From Sphingomonadaceae bacterium (lineage in GTDB: Bacteria; Chloroflexota; UBA6077): DNA of 41,537 bases. Under the pieces are notes generated by a model, which saw nothing but the letters and a program-made list of their open reading frames with translations, did no database searches and was not told the DNA's origin. Location: assembly GCA_050261575.1 (NCBI GenBank), contig JBLNDL010000075.1, positions 1 to 41,537 on the forward strand, written 5' to 3'. The stretch's first letter is position 1. Each line of letters opens with the position of its first letter. Of the stretch, positions 1 through 9,148 are shown one piece after another. A program made the translations under genes and the position numbers.

Positions 1-691
1 TATTGGCTCCCACTCCGGCCCCGTCCCCGCCCCCGGGGGCGCGGGGGTAAGCAGTGGCGGGGGCAGGGGGTGCGCCCCTGCCGCCCGCTTCGAAGGGGTC
101 GAAGAGGGCCGGCGAGCCGGGGGCAATGGCGTTGGGTAGGTAGACCACCCGCCGCGCTCCGGCCCTCAGGGCCATCTTCTCCAGGGCACGGCTGGCGACC
201 GTGACGGCGTCGGCGTGCCGCAGCGACCACAGCTCCTGTTGGGCAATCAACCCCTTCAGCCATCCTGGGAAGGGCTGCCTCTCGTTCCATCCCCCCTCGC
301 CCTCCCAATCGTCAGTGTCGAGGAGGACCGCCCCCCGGTAGATCCCGAGCCCACGGAGCAGCCAGAAGAGAAGGAGCACGGCTCCGGAGTAGGCGATCGG
401 CTTGAAGCAGTAGAGGACCTCCGGGTGGGAGTGCCAGCAGTGGTGGGCGAGCCAGAGCAGTTGCCAGAGTTCAGTGAGGATAGGCTGACGGGGACCTCGA
501 CCGACGTAGGTGATCGTCACGCCGTCGCTGCGGCTCGGGGCTGCCTGTTCGCCGGAATCGCGCACGGGAAGGACGAGAGAGACGACGTGCCCGCGGACAG
601 CCAGGGCCTCGGCGAGCGGCAGGGCCCGCATGGCCATCGTCTGCTTCCCAGTGAGTCCGAAGTTGCCCACCATCGTTATGCGCAAGCCCAC
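1..691 (-). CDS. Glycosyltransferase family 4 (GT-B), 5' part; runs off the window edge
   Basis: Not in the ORF track because it has no stop in the window. Manual translation from GTG at 691 (RBS GAGGAG upstream): MGLRITMVGNFGLTGKQTMAMRALPLAEALAVRGHVVSLV...CFKPIAYSG...DTDDWEGEGGWN...ADAVTVASRAL...VVYLPNA, typical of a GT4 N-terminal domain. Confidence 0.85.
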   Translation of the reverse strand, partial: MGLRITMVGNFGLTGKQTMAMRALPLAEALAVRGHVVSLVLPVRDSGEQAAPSRSDGVTITYVGRGPRQPILTELWQLLWLAHHCWHSHPEVLYCFKPIAYSGAVLLLFWLLRGLGIYRGAVLLDTDDWEGEGGWNERQPFPGWLKGLIAQQELWSLRHADAVTVASRALEKMALRAGARRVVYLPNAIAPGSPALFDPFEAGGRGAPPAPATAYPRAPGGGDGAGVGAN

Positions 692-736
692 GGCGCGCTC
701 CTCACTGATGGATCGTCGCGGAAGGAAAGGGCGGCC

Positions 737-975
737 GGGCACAAGACCCCGCCCCACGACAGGATCAGGGACCGAGCGGCGGGGCACATGACGTGTGATG
801 CACACCGCCGCGCAACGCATTCGGAGACCCCTGGCGGTTGTGAGGGCGGACCGGCGTGTTCGCGCGCCCACCCCTACCAGGTACCGGCCGCGTCCGTATG
901 GGCAGACCTATCTGTCCGCCCCTGGCGAACACAGCGTTGCACGAGCGGGCGCGGCCTCACGGGCACGGCCCCTAC
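737..975. repeat. Cluster of degenerate REP-like palindromes between glmS and the GT4 gene
   Basis: GC-rich short palindromes headed by GTAG/GTGG/GTAT at 737-757, 843-877, 896-921 (GTATGGGCAGACCTATCTGTCCGCCC) and 947-975 (ends GGGCACGGCCCCTAC). Confidence 0.55.
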
Positions 976-1056
976 TGACGGACCGGTGATGCCAGCGTGC
1001 ATCGATCGTGCAAGATCGTCCCACGGTGTAGCGGATCGGCACCTGCGCGTCCGCCT

Positions 1057-2907
1057 CTACTCGACGGTCACGCTCTTGGCCAGATTCCTCGGCTGGTCCA
1101 CGTCGCAGCCGCGGCTCACAGCGGCGTAGTAGCTAAACAGTTGCATCGGAACGACGTTGACGAAGGGAGATATCAGCTCGGCCACCCTGGGAACGTAGAT
1201 CACCTCGTCCACGTGCTGCCGGATCTCCTCATCACCCTCGGAGGCGATGGCGATCACGCGAGCACCACGCGCCTTCACCTCCTGGATGTTGCTGACCATC
1301 TTCTCGTAGGTCCTGGACTGCGTCGCAACGGCGAGGATCGGCATGGAGGGATCGAGCAGCGCGATGGGACCGTGCTTCAACTCGCCCGCCGGATACCCCT
1401 CCGCGTGGATGTAGCTGATCTCCTTCAGCTTCAAGGCGCCCTCCATGGCGGTGGGGTAGCCCACGCCCCGCCCGATGAACAGCAGGTGTGCCACGTTCGC
1501 CACGGAGTAGGCGATTCGGGCAGCTTCGTCGTTCGTCGCCAGCGCCCGCTCGATCAACTCAGGGGTCTTGGCCAGTTGGGCGACGACCGCCCCGGCCTCC
1601 TCCTGTCCCATCGTGCCGCGGGCCCTCGCTATGTGCAAACCCAACAGCATCAGCACCGCCAACTGGCCGGTGAAGGTCTTGGTGGCCACCACCCCGATCT
1701 CTGGTCCAACCTGCAGGTAGAGGACGGCGCTGGCACCCACGGTAATGGCACTTCCCACCGAGTTGGTAATGGCCACGGTCTTCGCCCCCTGCGCCTTCGC
1801 CTGTTCGAACGCCGCCAGGGTGTCGGCCGTCTCACCGGACTGCGTCACGGCGACGAAGAGGGTAGCCCCGTCCAGAGCGGGGTCGGCGTAGCGGAACTCC
1901 GAGGCGATGGCTATCTCCACGGGCAGGCGCGTCCACTCCTCGAAGGCGTACTTGGCGATCATGCAGGCGTAGAGGGAGGTGCCGCAGGCCGTCATAACGA
2001 TCCGGTTGACCCCGGAGAGGTCCAGGTCGGCCAGCTCCGTCAGCAGCCCTGCCTGCCCGGTTCGCCCAACCAGCGCGTTCCGCACAGCCTCGGGCTGCTC
2101 GTTGATCTCCTTCAAGACGAAGTGGGGGTACCCGCCTTTCTCGGCGGCGCTCTGGTCCCACTCCACCTGCACCACCTGGGCATCGACCCGCTGGCCCGCC
2201 GGGTCCCAGACAGATACCTCGTCCGGCGTAAGCAGAGCGATCTCGCCCTCGGCCAACCGGATGATCCTCCGCGTCCTGGGTAGCAGAGCAGGAATATCCG
2301 ATGCCAGGTAGTTCCCCTCCTCTCCCAGCCCGACGATCAGGGGCGCGCTCTGCCTGGCGCCCACCACCGACCTGGACTCGTCCAGGCTCAGCACCGCGAT
2401 GGCGTACGCACCTCGCACCTGGGCGAGCGCCAGCCGAACCGCGGTCACCAGCCTCGAGCGAGCCCCATCCTCACCGAGCCGCTCCAGACGGGACAGCTCG
2501 TCCTCTATCAGGTGAGCCAGCACCTCGGTGTCCGTCTCACTGTGGAACTGATGTCCCCTCTCCTTGAGGGCTCGCCGGAGGGTGGTATAGTTCTCGATGA
2601 TGCCGTTGTGCACCACGCACAGCCGGCCGGAGCAGTCGGTGTGCGGGTGGGCGTTCTCCGTCGAGGGGCGACCGTGAGTGGCCCACCGGGTGTGCCCTAT
2701 CCCCACGGTGCCCTCGGGGCTGGAGCGCTCCAACTCCGACGCCAGGTTCACCAGCTTCCCCGCCGCGCGGCGGATGGAGAGGCTCCCATCCGGACAGATC
2801 ACCGCCACCCCCGCGGAATCGTAGCCCCGGTACTCCAGCCGCCTCAATCCATCCATCAATATCGGTACGACCTGCGAACTACCGACGTAGCCGACTATCC
2901 CACACAT
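1057..2907 (-). CDS. glmS: Glutamine--fructose-6-phosphate aminotransferase (isomerizing)
   Basis: N-terminal MCGIVG, LEYRGYDSAG, GHTRWATHG, HNGIIEN, SIS domains and C-terminal PRNLAKSVTVE. Confidence 0.99.
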   Translation of the reverse strand: MCGIVGYVGSSQVVPILMDGLRRLEYRGYDSAGVAVICPDGSLSIRRAAGKLVNLASELERSSPEGTVGIGHTRWATHGRPSTENAHPHTDCSGRLCVVHNGIIENYTTLRRALKERGHQFHSETDTEVLAHLIEDELSRLERLGEDGARSRLVTAVRLALAQVRGAYAIAVLSLDESRSVVGARQSAPLIVGLGEEGNYLASDIPALLPRTRRIIRLAEGEIALLTPDEVSVWDPAGQRVDAQVVQVEWDQSAAEKGGYPHFVLKEINEQPEAVRNALVGRTGQAGLLTELADLDLSGVNRIVMTACGTSLYACMIAKYAFEEWTRLPVEIAIASEFRYADPALDGATLFVAVTQSGETADTLAAFEQAKAQGAKTVAITNSVGSAITVGASAVLYLQVGPEIGVVATKTFTGQLAVLMLLGLHIARARGTMGQEEAGAVVAQLAKTPELIERALATNDEAARIAYSVANVAHLLFIGRGVGYPTAMEGALKLKEISYIHAEGYPAGELKHGPIALLDPSMPILAVATQSRTYEKMVSNIQEVKARGARVIAIASEGDEEIRQHVDEVIYVPRVAELISPFVNVVPMQLFSYYAAVSRGCDVDQPRNLAKSVTVE

Positions 2908-4235
2908 CGCCCACTCCCAAACAAGGTAACCTGCACCAGTTCCTGGCAGGTCGCCACCACCGACACCGGTGCTGTGGCCACTCCGCCCATCTCCTGGAGG
3001 GTCATATCGTCCAGCGTTCGCTCCCGTGTGGCATCGAACATCACCCTCGGCAGTACCCAGCAGTCCACCTGCTCGCGCTGCATCAGCGGAACCACGTCAG
3101 ACCCGGTCAGCAATCCCGACACCGTCACGGTCGAGCCGAAGAATCGGTTCTCCACGGGATAGACCTCCACAGTCATCCCCGCCACCCTATTCACGTCGTC
3201 GGCTAGCCGTCGAAGTGTGGCCAACGGAGAGGTTCCGCAGATCCACCCCACCCGTCTCGGCCGTGGCACCGACGCCGGTAGGTGCCGCCGGCAATTGGCC
3301 CACGAAGAAAGCAAACGACGTACCAATCCGACTCCGTTGTCCAGTTGAGGATAGCCCTCGTACCAGGCCGCTGGTGGCACCCGGGCGCCGATCATCGTGT
3401 AGAACTCGTCGCCCAGATGGACGAAGGAGCGGCCAAGCTCCCGTCGGAACTGACGCTGCATCTCCGTGACCTGCCGCACCACCTCCCGAGCCTCCTCGGG
3501 ACGGTAGGTGCGCTCCGCGTTCGTCCGGTAGAACCGGGTGAGGCCGACCGGCACCACAGCCACCGACACCACGTGTCGAGACCGCGCTGCCAGATCCCGA
3601 ACCGTGCGCTCCAGGTGCGGCCCGTCGTTAACCCCCGGGCAGAGCACCACCTGGGCGTTGATCTCTATCCTCCGGCGCCCCAGATCGTCTATCTGCTCCA
3701 GTATGTCGGGAGCCTCAACGGCCAGCAGCCGGTTCCGTAGCTCTCGCTCCGTGGCGTGGACGGAGACGTACAGCGGGCTGAGCCGTTGCTCCTCGATCCG
3801 ATCGAACTCCGCCCCGCCCAGATTGCTCAGCGTTATGAAGTTCCCGAACAAAAAGGAAAGCCGGTAGTCGTCGTCCTTGACGTACAGCGACCTTCGCAGG
3901 CCGCGAGGAAGGTTCTTCACGAAGCAGAAGGTGCAGTTGTTCCGGCAGCGGCGAATGTCGTCGAAGAGCGGGTTGTCGAAGTCGATCCCGAGCCCTTCAT
4001 CCCACTCCTTCTCCACCAGCACCTCGTGCTCCACCCCCTCGCGGGCGAAGACCACTGCCAGCTCGGTGGTTGCCAAGTAGAACCGGTAGTCGATGATATC
4101 CCTCAGGCGGTGTCCATCCAGAGAGACCAGCCTATCACCAGGCCGGATGCCGCACTCGTCCGCGATGCTTCCGGGGGTCACCGAGCTGACCAACCCGCCG
4201 GGGTAGCTGTCGTGTGTAGTCAACGGATGCTTCAC
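2895..4235 (-). CDS. DUF512 family putative radical-SAM/Fe-S protein with PDZ-like N-terminus
   Basis: GSIADECGIRPGD (PDZ-like), CRNNCTFC (CxxxCxxC), LYVKDDDYRLSFL, YPQLDNGVG. Start reassigned to GTG 4235, which overlaps the plsC stop (GTGA). Confidence 0.9.
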   Translation of the reverse strand: MKHPLTTHDSYPGGLVSSVTPGSIADECGIRPGDRLVSLDGHRLRDIIDYRFYLATTELAVVFAREGVEHEVLVEKEWDEGLGIDFDNPLFDDIRRCRNNCTFCFVKNLPRGLRRSLYVKDDDYRLSFLFGNFITLSNLGGAEFDRIEEQRLSPLYVSVHATERELRNRLLAVEAPDILEQIDDLGRRRIEINAQVVLCPGVNDGPHLERTVRDLAARSRHVVSVAVVPVGLTRFYRTNAERTYRPEEAREVVRQVTEMQRQFRRELGRSFVHLGDEFYTMIGARVPPAAWYEGYPQLDNGVGLVRRLLSSWANCRRHLPASVPRPRRVGWICGTSPLATLRRLADDVNRVAGMTVEVYPVENRFFGSTVTVSGLLTGSDVVPLMQREQVDCWVLPRVMFDATRERTLDDMTLQEMGGVATAPVSVVATCQELVQVTLFGSGRCVG

Positions 4236-4867
4236 CCTTGCTGGTCGGTGTCGCCGTAGAACCCGCGCAGCTCCTCCGGGAGCAGTGCCGCGACCCTCGA
4301 CATCATGACGCCGGTCAGGGCGTCCAGATCCGGCTTGCCCTCCCTCCCCTTCTGCAGGGTGAAGGGCTTGCCCACCCGCACGGTGATTTGCGGCCGGTTG
4401 AGCAGTGATAGAGGCGACTTCACCAGGTCGGTGCCGACGAGAGCCACCGGCACGATAGTGGCATTGGCCAGAAGAGCGACGAGCGCGGCGCCGGGCTGGC
4501 CCCTGTTCAACCGCCCAGTCTTGCTCCGGGTCCCCTCCGGGAAGACCCCCAAGACTCCCCCTCGGTTGAGGACGGCGATGGCGCGCCGCAGCGCCTCCCT
4601 GTCCGGTTGGCCGCGCCTCACGGCGAATGCGCCGTACCACCTCACGACCCAACCCAACAGGGGGACCCTGAACAGCTCATCCTTGGCCATGAAGGTGATC
4701 TTGCGGGGCAGCAAGGCACCCAGCACGGGTGGGTCTATCAGGTTGAGGTGGTTGGCCACCAGCAGGAAGGGGCCGCCGCGCGGCAAGTTCTCGAGCCCCT
4801 CCACCCGGCTGCGAGTCAGCAGCACCAGGAGGAAACGCACGGCCATCGAGGCAATCGAGTAGAACAT
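4232..4867 (-). CDS. plsC: 1-acyl-sn-glycerol-3-phosphate acyltransferase
   Basis: NHLNLID (HxxxxD) and FPEGTRS motifs. Start at ATG 4867 (MFYSIAS). Confidence 0.93.
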   Translation of the reverse strand: MFYSIASMAVRFLLVLLTRSRVEGLENLPRGGPFLLVANHLNLIDPPVLGALLPRKITFMAKDELFRVPLLGWVVRWYGAFAVRRGQPDREALRRAIAVLNRGGVLGVFPEGTRSKTGRLNRGQPGAALVALLANATIVPVALVGTDLVKSPLSLLNRPQITVRVGKPFTLQKGREGKPDLDALTGVMMSRVAALLPEELRGFYGDTDQQG

Positions 4868-4878
4868 GATTGGGGAGC

Positions 4879-5589
4879 CTACACCTGCCGCGAAGGATCG
4901 ACCTTCGTGCCAGTCCTCCGTTGCACCACATCGAGGACCTTCTCGACCACCTGCTCTATGGTCAAGTCCGTCGTGTCCACGGTCACGGCGTCCTCGGCGG
5001 GCTTCAGGGGGGCGACCGCGCGGCCGCTGTCGTAGGCGTCGCGTCGGCGCAGTTCGGCCAGGACGGTATCGAAATCCAGGTGGGTCCCTTGCTCCTCCGC
5101 CTGGCGCTGCCTTCGGCGCGCCCGCTCCTCGTCGCTGGCGACGAGGAAGATCTTCACCTCGGCCTCCGGCCACACCACCGTGCCGGTGTCCCTGCCGGCC
5201 AGAATCACGCCGCCCTTGTCAGCGACGGAGCGCTGGACGTCGATCAGGGCGAGGCGCACCTCCGGGTGGGCCGACACTTCCGAGACGTTGGCGTCTACCT
5301 GGGGACTGCGGATCGCCAGGGAGACATCGTCACCGTCTGCCAGCACGACTGTCTGGCGAGGGTCGCCCGAGGGTGCAGGCTTCACCTCGATGGTCATCTC
5401 CTCCGCCAGCTTCGCCAGCCCCTCCCCGTCGTCCGGCGCGATACCCCTCTCGATCGCCACCCACGTGACCGCACGGTATAGCACCCCAGTATCCAGGTAG
5501 AAGAAGCCGAGCTCATCCGCCAGTACCCTGGCGATGGTGGTCTTGCCCGACGCGGCGGGTCCGTCAATGCAGATTACCGGAGCCTTCAC
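4879..5589 (-). CDS. cmk: Cytidylate kinase
   Basis: IDGPAASGKTT P-loop, LDTGVLYRA, GRDTGTVVWP, RRDAYDSGRAVAPL. Confidence 0.97.
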   Translation of the reverse strand: MKAPVICIDGPAASGKTTIARVLADELGFFYLDTGVLYRAVTWVAIERGIAPDDGEGLAKLAEEMTIEVKPAPSGDPRQTVVLADGDDVSLAIRSPQVDANVSEVSAHPEVRLALIDVQRSVADKGGVILAGRDTGTVVWPEAEVKIFLVASDEERARRRQRQAEEQGTHLDFDTVLAELRRRDAYDSGRAVAPLKPAEDAVTVDTTDLTIEQVVEKVLDVVQRRTGTKVDPSRQV

Positions 5590-6364
5590 ACCCTGTCCTC
5601 TTCAACGTTCTTACCTCGGCCGGAGTCAGCGCCCTGTATGCCCCTTTCGGCAGCGATCCCAGCCACAACGGCCCTATCCTCATCCGCACTAGCCGCTCCA
5701 CGCTGTAGCCCAACGCGTGCAGCATCCGGCGGATCTGACGGTTGCGCCCCTCGTGAATGGTCATGGATAGCCACGTGCTCCGGCCATCGGAGTTGAGGAC
5801 CCGCACTTTCGCAGGCGCGGTCTTTTGCCCGTCGATCACGACCCCATCACGCAGCGTCCGCAGGTCCTCTTCCTTGACCGTCCCCGGCACCAGCACGTGG
5901 TACTCCTTCTCGTAGGAGTACCTGGGGTGCGACAGGAGGTTGGCGAACTCGCCGTCGTTAGTGAGCAGGATCAGCCCTTCGCTGTTGGCGTCCAGACGGC
6001 CCACAGGGTAGATCCTGCCGTTGTGCGGCACCAGGTCCATCACCGTGGGACGGTGCTCCGGGTCGCTCACCGTCGTGATGTACCCCGCCGGCTTGTTGAG
6101 CATGAGATAGGTCTTCTTCACGCGGCGCGGGATCGGTCGCCCGTCCACAGTGATGCTGTCGTGCTCGGGGTCCACCTTGGTCCCGAGCTTGGTGATGACC
6201 TGACCGTTGACGGCCACCCGCCCGGCGAGAATCATCCCCTCCGCGGCACGACGTGAGTCGATCCCCGCGCGAGCCAAGACCTTGTGGAGACGCTCCAGCC
6301 TGCTGTTACCCTCGTCGCCGCTGCCCTGCGGCGATCCCCCATCAGTGGACGATACCTCAGCCAT
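5564..6364 (-). CDS. rluB: 23S rRNA pseudouridine synthase (RluB/RsuA family)
   Basis: S4 domain ERLHKVLARAGIDSRR, LNKPAG, catalytic PVGRLD, EGRNRQIRRM. Start is ATG 6364 or GTG 6382. Confidence 0.9.
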   Translation of the reverse strand: MAEVSSTDGGSPQGSGDEGNSRLERLHKVLARAGIDSRRAAEGMILAGRVAVNGQVITKLGTKVDPEHDSITVDGRPIPRRVKKTYLMLNKPAGYITTVSDPEHRPTVMDLVPHNGRIYPVGRLDANSEGLILLTNDGEFANLLSHPRYSYEKEYHVLVPGTVKEEDLRTLRDGVVIDGQKTAPAKVRVLNSDGRSTWLSMTIHEGRNRQIRRMLHALGYSVERLVRMRIGPLWLGSLPKGAYRALTPAEVRTLKRTGCEGSGNLH

Positions 6365-6419
6365 GACCCTCGTAGAAACCACCCGGACTTGCCCAAGCGT
6401 TGACCATGCGTCGATACTG

Positions 6420-6493
6420 AGCAGGTATCTCTAGATAGGGTACACCTTTCCCGCTAGAGACGTTGATACGAACTAGAGATACCTGCTTAGCTC
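6420..6493 (-). repeat. Unknown 73-nt hairpin element, copy A
   Basis: Perfect 15-bp inverted repeat AGCAGGTATCTCTAG (6420-6434) / CTAGAGATACCTGCT (6473-6487). 61/73 ungapped identity to 14236-14308 by manual alignment. Confidence 0.9.
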
Positions 6494-7611
6494 CCCGCTT
6501 CGTACAACGGGATCTCCGCAACCTTTTTGCCGAACAGGAAGTAGGTCACGGACCCCGCTGACCCGTCGGCACTCCCCGACTCGTCCCCAGGAGAGAAGAA
6601 CCAGCGTAGATAGGGTTTCTGCCAGGTAGGGAACACGGCAGTGACTTCCCCCCTCGCTACAGTGCGTATCTCCTCGCCCTCTCTCGTGTAGCTGCCGAGA
6701 GGGACTTCGGCGGCGCCCAGGGTGCTCCGAGTGAAGCTCGAGAAGAAGTAGGTCAACAGGTCGGCTGAATCGCCAATCGTGTCGCCGCTGTCCAGCACCA
6801 CCGAGATCGCCCTGTGGCCGTCTCGGGTCGCCGAAGAGACCAAGCACCTTCCCGCGTTATCAGTATACCCCGTCTTCACCCCGTCCGCACCAGGGTAGAA
6901 GCCCAACAGCCTATTGCTGTTCTTGAAGACCCATCGAACGGGGCCCTCGATTCGGTACTCCTGGGTCCTCACGATCCTCTCGAAGACCGGGTTCCGCATC
7001 GCGGCCCGCGCCGTCAGCGCCAGGTCGTAGGCGCTGGAGTAGTGGCCATCGGCATCGAGGCCGTGAGGGTTCACGAAGTGAGTGTCCTCGAGACCCAGCT
7101 CCGCCACCTTCGCATTCATCATCGCCGCGAACTGCGGGATCGATCCTCCCACGTGGTCGGCGAGCGCTATAGCTGCGTCGTTCCCCGATGGCAACAACAG
7201 CCCATAGAGTAGCTGCTCCACCGTCAACTGGTCTCCAGGTTCGAGGCCGATGATGGACGGTTCCACCTGAACGTCGTTGCCGGCTCGCACGACGTCCGTG
7301 AGCTGAGCATTCTCCAAGGTGACAAGAGCGGTCATGATCTTGGTGGTGCTGGCAGGAGCACGCCGCTCGTGAGCGTTCTTCTCGTAGAGCACCTGCCCCG
7401 TGTCAGCGTCAAGCACCACCGCGGCCTCGGCCAGGATCTCCGGCGGACGCCCCGCATGCATCAGCCGCAGCACTCCTGGGCTGACCGGGGTGACGGCGGA
7501 GTCCGACTCGACGAGGGTCGGGGGACCAAACCCTGTGATGGCCGCGGACACGGCCAACAGGCAGGCGACCAGCAGTAGCCTAGCCCGCGAACTCACCGCC
7601 CTAGCCCCCAT
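6487..7611 (-). CDS. D-alanyl-D-alanine carboxypeptidase (peptidase S11)
   Basis: Signal-peptide-like N-terminus; PASTTK (SxxK), SGND (SxN), NPHGL, KTGYT. Confidence 0.95.
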   Translation of the reverse strand: MGARAVSSRARLLLVACLLAVSAAITGFGPPTLVESDSAVTPVSPGVLRLMHAGRPPEILAEAAVVLDADTGQVLYEKNAHERRAPASTTKIMTALVTLENAQLTDVVRAGNDVQVEPSIIGLEPGDQLTVEQLLYGLLLPSGNDAAIALADHVGGSIPQFAAMMNAKVAELGLEDTHFVNPHGLDADGHYSSAYDLALTARAAMRNPVFERIVRTQEYRIEGPVRWVFKNSNRLLGFYPGADGVKTGYTDNAGRCLVSSATRDGHRAISVVLDSGDTIGDSADLLTYFFSSFTRSTLGAAEVPLGSYTREGEEIRTVARGEVTAVFPTWQKPYLRWFFSPGDESGSADGSAGSVTYFLFGKKVAEIPLYEAGS

Positions 7612-7987
7612 CGGCCACTACACCGGCGACGGCGTCCTCGAACCGCTCCAGACGCACCAACTCACCCTCCGGGCCCAACTCCACGGCGATCAGGTCCACT
7701 CGCCACGGCCGTTCCTCCTGGCCGTGGGAGGTCACATACCACTCGGCCAGCTTCGCCAGCCGACGCGCCTTGGACGTCGTTATGGTCTCCTCAGGCAACA
7801 CGAGGCAGGGCTGCCGCTTGGTGCGGACCTCGACGAAGATCAACCCTTCCGGCCCCTCGACCACCAGGTCGAGTTCCCCGACCGGGCATCGGTAGTTGCG
7901 AGCCGCAACGCGGTATCCCTTCCCCTCCAGGTAGCGCGCCGCCAGTTCCTCACCCAGCCGCCCCGTGTTCTGCCTGCCCCCACTCAT
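7601..7987 (-). CDS. yraN: YraN family (UPF0102) putative endonuclease
   Basis: GRLGEELAARYL...RNYRCPVGELDLV...FVEVRT...WRVDLIAV. ATG 7987 overlaps the rnhB stop; rnhB-yraN is a classical gene order. Confidence 0.92.
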   Translation of the reverse strand: MSGGRQNTGRLGEELAARYLEGKGYRVAARNYRCPVGELDLVVEGPEGLIFVEVRTKRQPCLVLPEETITTSKARRLAKLAEWYVTSHGQEERPWRVDLIAVELGPEGELVRLERFEDAVAGVVADGG

Positions 7988-8658
7988 AGCAGCGTCTCCA
8001 ATCGCAAGCGAAGGGGCTGATAGGAGAGGCGATGAAACGCACAAGGGCCCATAGCGTGCAAGGCCCTCCGGTGCGACTCCGTTCCGTAGCCCTTGTTCTC
8101 ACGGAATCCGTACCCTGGGAACAGGGCGTCGGCGGCCCGCATCAGCTTGTCCCTGCTGACCTTGGCGACGATGGACGCGGCGGCGATGGAGAGAGAGTGG
8201 GCGTCGCCGCGGACTATCGCCCGTTGATGGAGGGAGCATCCTCGCAGGGTGAAGGCGTCCAGCAGCAGGCAGTCAGGGGGCTCGGCCATGTCCTCGACAG
8301 CCCACTGCATCGCCATCTGCCCGGCTCTGGCCAGGCCGACGCGGTCGATCGTCGCTGCGGAGACGACCCCGATCCCGACGTCGATGGCGCATCTCAGAAC
8401 GACCTCGTACAGCTTGGCCCTCTTGGCCGGGGGGAGCTGCTTGGAATCTCTTACCCCCTCCAAGGCGAGCAGGAGATCCTCTCTGGGGGGGGGCAGCCGA
8501 ACGGCGGCGGCCACCAGTGGCCCCGCCCACGATCCACGCCCCGCTTCGTCGACGCCGACTATGCGGCGGAAGCCTCGAGAGGCGAGAGAGTATTCCTCTG
8601 TGAGAGTAGGGGATTGAAGGGGAGTGCTATGGGGAGATGTGCGGGGACGCACGCGCAC
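7984..8658 (-). CDS. rnhB: Ribonuclease HII
   Basis: GVDEAGRG, DSKQL, IAAASIVAKVSRD, NKGYGT, HRLSY. Confidence 0.97.
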   Translation of the reverse strand: MRVRPRTSPHSTPLQSPTLTEEYSLASRGFRRIVGVDEAGRGSWAGPLVAAAVRLPPPREDLLLALEGVRDSKQLPPAKRAKLYEVVLRCAIDVGIGVVSAATIDRVGLARAGQMAMQWAVEDMAEPPDCLLLDAFTLRGCSLHQRAIVRGDAHSLSIAAASIVAKVSRDKLMRAADALFPGYGFRENKGYGTESHRRALHAMGPCAFHRLSYQPLRLRLETLL

Positions 8659-8667
8659 CCCCGCACC

Positions 8668-9057
8668 TTACGCCTTTTCGCCCTCGGCGACTGAGCGACG
8701 AACCACACTAGGCGGACGCTTCTCCTTGATGCGCGCCGCCTTCCCCACCAACTCGCGCAGGTAGTAGAGCCGCGCTCGCCTCACCGCTCCGCGCCTGACC
8801 ACGTCGACCTTGTCGACCCGCGGGGAGGCGAATGCGAAGGTCCGCTCCACACCGACGCCATGGGTGACCCTTCGCACGGTAAAGGTGCCGTCGGGCTGCC
8901 GAGGCCTCGACAGGCGAATCACCACGCCCTCGAAATTCTGAAGGCGCTCGCGGCCGCCTTCGACGACCTTAACACCAACCTTGACCGTGTCGCCCGGGCC
9001 GAAGTCCGGGATGTTCGGGTTGCGCTCAACTTCCAGAGCCTGATTGGGTCTGATCAC
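8668..9057 (-). CDS. rplS: 50S ribosomal protein L19
   Basis: [35 protein letters not shown]. Confidence 0.98.
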   Translation of the reverse strand: MIRPNQALEVERNPNIPDFGPGDTVKVGVKVVEGGRERLQNFEGVVIRLSRPRQPDGTFTVRRVTHGVGVERTFAFASPRVDKVDVVRRGAVRRARLYYLRELVGKAARIKEKRPPSVVRRSVAEGEKA

Positions 9058-9101
9058 TGGTACCCCCTGGACAGCACTACTTGCGCACGGAATGTCGCAC
9101 G

Positions 9102-9131
9102 ATTATAGCACGCCCCGCGCCCCACCAACAA
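9102..9131 (-). promoter_or_regulatory. Sigma70-type promoter of the rplS operon
   Basis: Minus strand TTGTTG-18nt-TATAAT with extended -10 (TGC-TATAAT). Confidence 0.7.
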
Positions 9132-9148
9132 CTCGATGTACTCGACTA

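Noticed and set aside
281..510. Apparent frameshifts in the GT4 gene at homopolymer runs
   Set aside because: Recounting the runs shows a continuous frame.
215..2283. Long plus-strand ORFs 215-1129 and 997-2283, and similar ones such as 12555-13817, 25092-26489 and 32847-34244
   Set aside because: Antisense or off-frame shadows of well-supported genes in GC-rich DNA, with no recognisable motifs.
2895..2960. glmS ribozyme upstream of glmS
   Set aside because: glmS overlaps the DUF512 gene by 13 nt, so there is no leader and no ribozyme motif.
4236..5173. Long N-terminal extensions of the DUF512 and PlsC ORFs in the track
   Set aside because: They overlap plsC and cmk in other frames; better starts exist at 4235 and 4867.
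6420..6493. The 73-nt element as an integron attC site or a TPP riboswitch
   Set aside because: The RYYYAAC/GTTRRRY ends are not in attC orientation, there is no integrase, and the flanking genes are housekeeping. It lacks the TPP CUGAGA core.
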